A DNA stretch of 64,000 bases from an uncultured virus (IMG/VR IMGVR_UViG_2061766007_000286) (lineage: Duplodnaviria > Heunggongvirae > Uroviricota > Caudoviricetes): IMG/VR virus record IMGVR_UViG_2061766007_000286; one strand, written 5' to 3'. A model generated the notes under the pieces. The model worked only from the letters and a program-made list of their open reading frames with translations, ran no database searches and was not told the origin of the DNA. Positions 58,047-64,000 of this stretch are shown here, in pieces (position 1 is the stretch's first letter; the number at the start of each line of letters is the position of its first letter). The translations under genes were made by a program, and so were the position numbers.

Positions 58047-58187
58047 ATTTTTTCTCCTTTGTTAAGATTTTCTACCGTATATCGTACGGTTTCCTGCCCC
58101 GCTAATAAGCAAATCCCGTGCCAACTGAAATCATGTTAAAAGTGTTTCATTTTGAAACACAAATCGAAAATTCCGTGTCTGCCAGAT

Positions 58188-59234
58188 TTACTGGTTATTC
58201 CCGAGCAGCATGTACGTGCATTCCTCGAACTTGTTCGTGGTGGGCTTAGGAACGACGCCGTACTTGTTAAGCATACCAAGAATGTCCTTGACATTAATGG
58301 CAAACGCGACATTGTCGCTGTCGACGAGAAACGCGGTGGCGACTCCGATGATCTTCCCGTTCTGGACGACAGGACCCCCGGAATTGCCCGGCTGGACGGC
58401 GGCGTCGATCTGGAACATGCGATCGTCCCCCATGAACCCTCGCTTTCCGGAAACGATACCTCTGGTCACCTTGATGTCGATGCCCTGGTACCTGGTGTTG
58501 GGGTATCCCCATACATGGACGGTTTCGCCGAGAACGGGCGCCGTTTCGGAAATGGCGCACGAGCGCAGGCCGCCGTCGCGGACCTTGATGATGGCGAGGT
58601 CCAGCGCACCGTCGTTTGTGCCGGAGATGATATCGAACCCGAGAGGGGTATCGACACGCACTCCGTCTCGCCAAAGTTTGATGTTGGTGATGTTGGCAAT
58701 GACGTGCGAGTTGGTGATGAGGATGGAGTCGGAGATCGCCACGGCGGATCCGCTGCTCCAGATCGGCTTGTCTCTTGTGTCGGTTACGTAGTCGATATTT
58801 CCTGCGAAATAAGAAGCATACTTCTTGATGCGGATGACATTGGCGTAGGTTTCCGCGAAAACGAGCTTGGTTTCGACTGGAGTGATTTCAGTCGAGTCGA
58901 AATACACAAAGTCGATGACGGAAATGATGTTGCCGCTGCTGTTGGTGTCCATTCTCCACGAGGTCATCTTGGACTTCCACGTCGCGGAACCTTCGACGAA
59001 GAGGAAGCTGGAATCAACTGGGGTGTAGTGCATCATGGCGACGAAGTTGTATCCGACTTCGTTCGTGACGGGCCTCTTCCCGGTGCACTTCGTGAGATAG
59101 CTGCTCTTTTCGTCGTTGTACTTGCACAGGTTAAACGCATTGTACTTGAACATGATGTCGTAGTCTTTGGCGAACGCGGCCGTAAAAAGCGCAAGCGTCG
59201 CGACGATGATCTGGATTTTAGCAGAGAGACGCAT
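58188..59234 (-). CDS. secreted trypsin-like (S1C) serine protease
   Basis: signal peptide; TNSHV, DLAII and PGNSGGP catalytic triad motifs. Confidence 0.88.
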   Translation of the reverse strand: MRLSAKIQIIVATLALFTAAFAKDYDIMFKYNAFNLCKYNDEKSSYLTKCTGKRPVTNEVGYNFVAMMHYTPVDSSFLFVEGSATWKSKMTSWRMDTNSSGNIISVIDFVYFDSTEITPVETKLVFAETYANVIRIKKYASYFAGNIDYVTDTRDKPIWSSGSAVAISDSILITNSHVIANITNIKLWRDGVRVDTPLGFDIISGTNDGALDLAIIKVRDGGLRSCAISETAPVLGETVHVWGYPNTRYQGIDIKVTRGIVSGKRGFMGDDRMFQIDAAVQPGNSGGPVVQNGKIIGVATAFLVDSDNVAFAINVKDILGMLNKYGVVPKPTTNKFEECTYMLLGNNQ

Positions 59235-59437
59235 TTATAACTCCTTTAAGTATGTTGCCCTCTACACAGAATATAGTATTTTTCATGAGGAATAAGATGA
59301 AATTTGTGGATTTCGTATGAGAAACCCACAAATTCCTAAAAATTTTTAGGTATACCTATCCCATTCAAGACCGTACTCTTTCGTGTACTTGGACATAAGC
59401 GCCGGGAACGGACAATCCTCTCTGTAGAAGAAGAAGA

Positions 59438-59812
59438 TTACTTTTGATTCTTACTCTCGAACCCAACAATTAGCATGTTATCCTTGCACACCCACGTGAA
59501 CGTCGGCGAGTTGCCCGCCTCGGTCTCGATTCTCTTGATCTCGCGGCATGTCATATAGTGATCCTTTATTATGCTTTCTACCGACTTCTTAAACCATTCG
59601 TCCAGATACACCCGCCCTAGGTCGTACCAATCCACCATGATACCGCTTTCAGATTCCTTTATGTGCACCTGTATCAACGCGGATCCACCGCAGAATTCAA
59701 CAATACATGAACCCTCAGGAATGTCAACGCATGGCATGAAGCCGATCTTGATGGAATCCAAGATCTCCGGAGAACGTTCGTCGTCTTGCCTGACAACTTC
59801 CCTGATCACCAT
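59438..59812 (-). CDS. hypothetical protein
   Basis: GGAGG SD; overlaps the upstream stop. Confidence 0.5.
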   Translation of the reverse strand: MVIREVVRQDDERSPEILDSIKIGFMPCVDIPEGSCIVEFCGGSALIQVHIKESESGIMVDWYDLGRVYLDEWFKKSVESIIKDHYMTCREIKRIETEAGNSPTFTWVCKDNMLIVGFESKNQK

Positions 59813-60519
59813 ACACCTCCGTCAATGATGTCGTCGGCGGTCTTCCCACGAAGCCCCTGGCTTTCATACCATTCCTTGTCGAACATGTTCCAGTCGTTGT
59901 CTTCGAGTTTCTTGAGGTGCTCGTTCAACTGGTCCTTGAACTTGCCGATATCGATTCCGCGTTCCTTTGCTGCGCGGATGAAGTCGAGAATGCCGTGACC
60001 GAAAACGAAGATCTTGCCACCGTCCTCATACTTTATCTCGAGAAAGGAGTCCTTAAGGAAATGGTTCTCGATGGTGTACTTGTAGTACATCGATGCGATG
60101 CCATTGCAGTCGACGTACTTCTTCCGGCCGCCGTAGTCAGCGACGCCGACGAAGTTTTCCGGGAGGCGAGCAAGATCTCCCGATACGCTCTTGCAATCAG
60201 GATCGACGTACCCCGAGAGGATGAAATCTTCGATGTCGTCGTCGTACTCGAACAGTTCCATGTCATAGCCCTCCTCGTGGAGAACGTGGCACCCCTTCAC
60301 CCCGCTCCACTTCATGCCGGCGATCTCGACCGTGTCGCTTTCGACACCGATGGAGTTCAGGAACTTCTCGATGCCACCGAACTCCGGAACGTGGTCGTTT
60401 CCCTCCCGCTTCATGCAGAAACGGCGATATGATTCCATGGATTCCTTGTCTTCGCAAAGACTCCACTTCCAGGTGTCCGGTTCGTATCTTGTAAATTGTG
60501 TAAGGTATTCGTGAGTCAT
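59806..60519 (-). CDS. hypothetical protein
   Basis: starts MTHEYL after AAGGAG. Confidence 0.6.
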   Translation of the reverse strand: MTHEYLTQFTRYEPDTWKWSLCEDKESMESYRRFCMKREGNDHVPEFGGIEKFLNSIGVESDTVEIAGMKWSGVKGCHVLHEEGYDMELFEYDDDIEDFILSGYVDPDCKSVSGDLARLPENFVGVADYGGRKKYVDCNGIASMYYKYTIENHFLKDSFLEIKYEDGGKIFVFGHGILDFIRAAKERGIDIGKFKDQLNEHLKKLEDNDWNMFDKEWYESQGLRGKTADDIIDGGVW

Positions 60520-60532
60520 TTGCTTTCTCCTT

Positions 60533-60814
60533 TTAAACGCAACCACCGCAACATCCAGGTGGAATTTCTCGATTAATGGCGTCGAGGACTTCGTCCTTCA
60601 GCTCTTCGGGAAATCCATCGGGCCATTCATTCACACTCCATTCACCCATTTCTACATGTTCATCCAAATCATCATCAAACCAAACAGACCCGCCAGAGCG
60701 GAGACAGTATTCGGGGAACTTCCACGCCTTTCCGTTGATCGTAACTGTGAGATTGCCCATGCACAGGCACGGGTATTCGCCGTCGTAGTCTATCTTGATG
60801 TCGTTTTCCATCAT
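60533..60814 (-). CDS. phage hypothetical protein (YPCLC...GCCGGC)
   Basis: Cys-rich ends. Confidence 0.6.
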   Translation of the reverse strand: MMENDIKIDYDGEYPCLCMGNLTVTINGKAWKFPEYCLRSGGSVWFDDDLDEHVEMGEWSVNEWPDGFPEELKDEVLDAINREIPPGCCGGCV

Positions 60815-61155
60815 GTCGTTTCTCTTAAATAATGGTCTTCCGGCTCCCATCCTTTGGTCCCGAAGAACTCATAAAAATCTTTCACTGTCGCACCGGACGT
60901 TTCCTTTAGGTGATCGAGGTAGTCATGGAAATCGGCTTCTGCCGCGTCAAGGTCAGTGTCTTCAGGCTTGTAAACAACCCATTGGTAGTCATCAATGGAA
61001 TCGACAGTGATATACGTTCCACTACATGCATCAAATAATATATGGGCAAGTTCGATCGCCGCGGTTTTCTCTCCATAGAAATTGAGCCATTCGGTTTCAT
61101 CCAAATCGATGACCCCTTCTGCGAGAACTCTGTAATTATTATTTTCCGTTTCCAT
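60811..61155 (-). CDS. acidic hypothetical protein
   Basis: promoter 61172-61185; AGGAG SD. Confidence 0.6.
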   Translation of the reverse strand: METENNNYRVLAEGVIDLDETEWLNFYGEKTAAIELAHILFDACSGTYITVDSIDDYQWVVYKPEDTDLDAAEADFHDYLDHLKETSGATVKDFYEFFGTKGWEPEDHYLRETT

Positions 61156-61253
61156 GGTATTCTCCTGCCAATAATATAGTATTTTTCACAGCGGACAGAC
61201 AACAAAAACGCCTCCCATTTCTGTGAGGCGTTTCCGTTTTGGGTTTTTGTGCC

Positions 61254-61790
61254 TTAGACCTTGGGAGCTTCAGGAGCGGTAGCAGCCGTATCGACCTTGA
61301 CAGGTTCCTGCTTGGTGCTATCGGCCTGGTCGACGGCGTTGGATACAGCGGCGCTGTCGACGACGGTCTTTTCAGGTTCCGCAGCGACCGGGGCCTCAGT
61401 GGCGGGAGCGGTCGTATCCGCAGCGACGAGTTCCGCAGCGACGGGAGCGGCGGTGACGGTGTCCTTGGCGACTTCTTCGACCTTGGCTTCGACGGAATCG
61501 ACCTTGGCGCTGTCAACCTTGACAGCCGCGCTGTCCTTCACGGCAGCGGAGTCGGCTTCGACTGGCTTCACCTTGTTCACGACGGTGGCCTTCACTGCGA
61601 TGATGGCGAGGCTATCTTCGCAGGAAATCTGCACCGAGTTGGTGTCCTTTTCGACACCGCACTGCATCCCCTTGCTCTGGAGAGCCTTCTGGATGTCAGT
61701 CTCGACGAGCTTCTTGACGTCGATGGAACCGCCGCACGCAGTGAGAGCGAGAGCGATAATGGAAACGATTGCAATACTGATCTTCTTCAT
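61254..61790 (-). CDS. lipoprotein with Ala/Val/Asp-rich tail
   Basis: MKK + hydrophobic stretch + LTA|C lipobox; promoter 61831-61844. Confidence 0.75.
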   Translation of the reverse strand: MKKISIAIVSIIALALTACGGSIDVKKLVETDIQKALQSKGMQCGVEKDTNSVQISCEDSLAIIAVKATVVNKVKPVEADSAAVKDSAAVKVDSAKVDSVEAKVEEVAKDTVTAAPVAAELVAADTTAPATEAPVAAEPEKTVVDSAAVSNAVDQADSTKQEPVKVDTAATAPEAPKV

Positions 61791-61889
61791 AGCTTTTTAC
61801 CCCTTTTGGTTAGTTTTAGCTGTGTGCCCATAATATAGTATTTTTTGGCACGATCTTGCACAAAGTTTATACGAAAATGCCGTAATCTG

Positions 61890-62273
61890 TCATCTGCAAG
61901 TATCATTCAGCCGGCACGTTACAGATGGTCCAGGCGGATAATCTCCGATTGACGGACCAGGCGGATAATCTCCAGGTACCGGTGCAACCCCAGGGATCTT
62001 GCGTTCCGTGGGTGTTATGTCTTTGTCATTGGTATATGTTACTCCGAGGTTTTCTCTGATCACTTCCATATAAGTCCTTACATATGCTCCCATGGAAATG
62101 CAGGCTAGTCTGGTCTGCCGAATCGCCACAATCACTCGGTGAAAATAATACTTCTCTAACGGCTCGCCATTTGCCGGGTCGAGCAAGCGGAGTCTGTCTG
62201 CCAAATCAAGCAATTTGAAGTATGAAGACTGTAAAGATTCGAGAGCGTCTTTCGCTGCGTCAATGTCCATCAT
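61890..62273 (-). CDS. hypothetical protein
   Basis: AGGAG SD; GDYPPGPS occurs twice. Confidence 0.5.
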   Translation of the reverse strand: MMDIDAAKDALESLQSSYFKLLDLADRLRLLDPANGEPLEKYYFHRVIVAIRQTRLACISMGAYVRTYMEVIRENLGVTYTNDKDITPTERKIPGVAPVPGDYPPGPSIGDYPPGPSVTCRLNDTCR

Positions 62274-62288
62274 TCGTCATTCTCCTAC

Positions 62289-63098
62289 TCAAATGTGCAC
62301 CCACTTGAACTCGGGCCTCTGAGCCGGTCTCGTGGTGCAGAATGTTTCTATGTGGTTCTTGAGAAGTTGGTCGACCTCGTCGGTGAATTCTATGCAGTCA
62401 TATACCTGTTCCCCCTGTGGAGAAAGCCAAACAAGACGGCACCCCTTCACTTTAAGACCGGTTACATGTTCGATTATCTTCTGATACAAACGAAGCTGGA
62501 TGGAATATCCGGCGAGAGAGCTGTTCGGCCAGTTACCAAAAGGCCACAACAGATTCTCCCATTCGTTGGAATCCGTGAATTTCTTGTTGGTCTTCCAGTC
62601 GTATATCCACAGGTCGCCGTTCTCGTCCAGGAAAAGCTGGTCGATGGTTCCGACCAGACTCCAGTCGTACACACCAACCTGGAGTTCCGAACACACCGGA
62701 GTCATCGTTTTAAGCAGGTTCTGCATGAACGCGTCGCATACCGGCTTTAGGTCCTGAAAAGCTTTGACGATCTCCGGCCTATTCAAATTGGATGGAATGT
62801 CAAAAGTCTTCCCGCTCAGATTGCATTCCATGTACCTGTGCGTCAACGTGCCCTTGTCACATGCAAAAGCGGCTTCGCGGTCCCATTCCGCGATTATCTC
62901 CTCTTTGGTCTTTCCCCATTTGGCGGCCTGCCTCGCGGCGCACCCTTCCTTGTCGAACGGCTTGTGCAGTTTTCCGACAATGGTCGTAACCGATAACAGC
63001 TTCTTTTCCGGCTTGCCCTCGAACCAGTATTTGTGCCCTTCGTCCTGGAACTTCACGTCGCTGAATGCTGACAACAACCTATCGCGCACTTCTGTCAT
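62289..63098 (-). CDS. PD-(D/E)XK exonuclease-like protein
   Basis: SVTT, GTLTH..E, SE, GTID, DWKT, YSIQLRLY. Confidence 0.85.
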   Translation of the reverse strand: MTEVRDRLLSAFSDVKFQDEGHKYWFEGKPEKKLLSVTTIVGKLHKPFDKEGCAARQAAKWGKTKEEIIAEWDREAAFACDKGTLTHRYMECNLSGKTFDIPSNLNRPEIVKAFQDLKPVCDAFMQNLLKTMTPVCSELQVGVYDWSLVGTIDQLFLDENGDLWIYDWKTNKKFTDSNEWENLLWPFGNWPNSSLAGYSIQLRLYQKIIEHVTGLKVKGCRLVWLSPQGEQVYDCIEFTDEVDQLLKNHIETFCTTRPAQRPEFKWVHI

Positions 63099-63358
63099 CT
63101 AATGTCCTCGCTATTGGCACTGACTTCTGTGCTTTCTCTTGAAACCTTCCTACGCCGTTCTTTCATCTCGGCAAGACGTTTCTTGTTTTCCGAATTCACG
63201 TAGAATGTTTCCTTTCTCCAGCTCTTGAGCATGTTCACCATCTCAATGATGAGCCGCCTGACAACTCTGCCAGTCTTTATTCCTTTGTGCTTGTCAAACT
63301 CCTCCAATGCATCGAGGAAGTCGATGTACACCTGGTTGAATCGATCAGTGTCGATCAC
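63095..63358 (-). CDS. hypothetical protein
   Basis: translationally coupled with its neighbours. Confidence 0.5.
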   Translation of the reverse strand: MIDTDRFNQVYIDFLDALEEFDKHKGIKTGRVVRRLIIEMVNMLKSWRKETFYVNSENKKRLAEMKERRRKVSRESTEVSANSEDIR

Positions 63359-63855
63359 TGGAAATCCTCATTGATGGTCTTCTCTGCACGGGATCTGCTC
63401 GCGAACCAGTTCTTGTAGATCGTATTTCCCTTGTTGTCGATCAGGTTGTATTTCTCGTCGATGGATACAAGAGCCGACTCGTCGTCGAAGAACTCGACCG
63501 TATCAAACCACTCGTCGGAAACGACGCGGTTTTCCGTGAAACTGAAGAGATTTTTCTTCCCGTCCTTGCCAACGATCGCGACACCGGAGATCGGATACTC
63601 GATGTAGTCGAGCCATTCGTCACTTAGAATGTCCCCGTCCGTGTCGATGAAGTTCCACCCATCGCTGTTGCGAACGATTGCCACCCCGCACGAGGCGAAC
63701 AGACCAACCTCGTCGAAGGCCAGATCGGTTATGAGGTTCCCGTCTCCGTCGGAGAAAGAGTACTTGTACTTCCCGTCTTCTATCCAGCAAACCTTTAGAA
63801 GGTCTTCGCCGGCGGGACTAGTCGTGACGTTTTCCAGATCTCTCGTGTTTTTCAT
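63355..63855 (-). CDS. WG-repeat (KWG-like) protein
   Basis: repeats such as GWNFIDTDGDILSDEWLD and KYNLIDNKG. Confidence 0.7.
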   Translation of the reverse strand: MKNTRDLENVTTSPAGEDLLKVCWIEDGKYKYSFSDGDGNLITDLAFDEVGLFASCGVAIVRNSDGWNFIDTDGDILSDEWLDYIEYPISGVAIVGKDGKKNLFSFTENRVVSDEWFDTVEFFDDESALVSIDEKYNLIDNKGNTIYKNWFASRSRAEKTINEDFQ

Positions 63856-64000
63856 GGGAGCAACCTCTTACAGAGAATATAGTATTTTTATGCTCCAGGA
63901 GATCAGGCTTTCTTTGCCTTTCTGCCGCACGACTTCTCTTCAGGGCAGTAACCGAGCTTTTCGCACTTTGGAACAAAAAGATTTTCCGCGATCCACGCCC

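Noticed and set aside
62289..63098. Cas4 as evidence of a CRISPR system
   Set aside because: PD-(D/E)XK motifs are present but there is no C-terminal Fe-S cysteine cluster and no array; a common phage exonuclease

Overview
This looks like a gapped, strain-mixed metagenomic scaffold of a large T4-like (family B DNA polymerase) phage. FISUMP-like domains and multiple SpoVG genes suggest a Fibrobacter-type host, but that is an inference. Bases 1-19.8 kb and 29-37 kb are dense small accessory genes, including a RadC/JAB protein, a sigma70-like factor next to SpoVG, two FISUMP-domain proteins, Hsp20 and Pmp3/YqaE, mostly downstream of a recurrent AAAATACTATATTA promoter. At about 10.4 kb a tRNA-Arg(UCU) is split by a 238-nt group I intron. 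Bases 19.9-23.1 kb form a tRNA operon of 11 conventional tRNAs interleaved with about 15 non-tRNA structured RNAs, ending in tRNA-Ile2(CAU) followed by tilS; a second sigma/SpoVG pair lies at 26-27 kb. At 36.9-37.2 kb are tandem promoter-to-terminator mini-units whose RNAs are antisense to a Shine-Dalgarno (SD) plus AUG. Bases 39.7-41 kb are non-coding, strand-skewed and carry 11-bp phased repeats. Between 38.6 and 54.6 kb several genes share a ~35-aa N-terminal leader, most behind a TATAAAC (T4-late-like) motif. The right end encodes DNA polymerase B, Hsp20, a secreted trypsin-like protease, a lipoprotein, a PD-(D/E)XK nuclease and a WG-repeat protein. Many short duplications flanking 10-N gaps look like allelic contigs rather than real repeats. 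All calls come from reading the sequence by eye; no database searches or folding programs were run.
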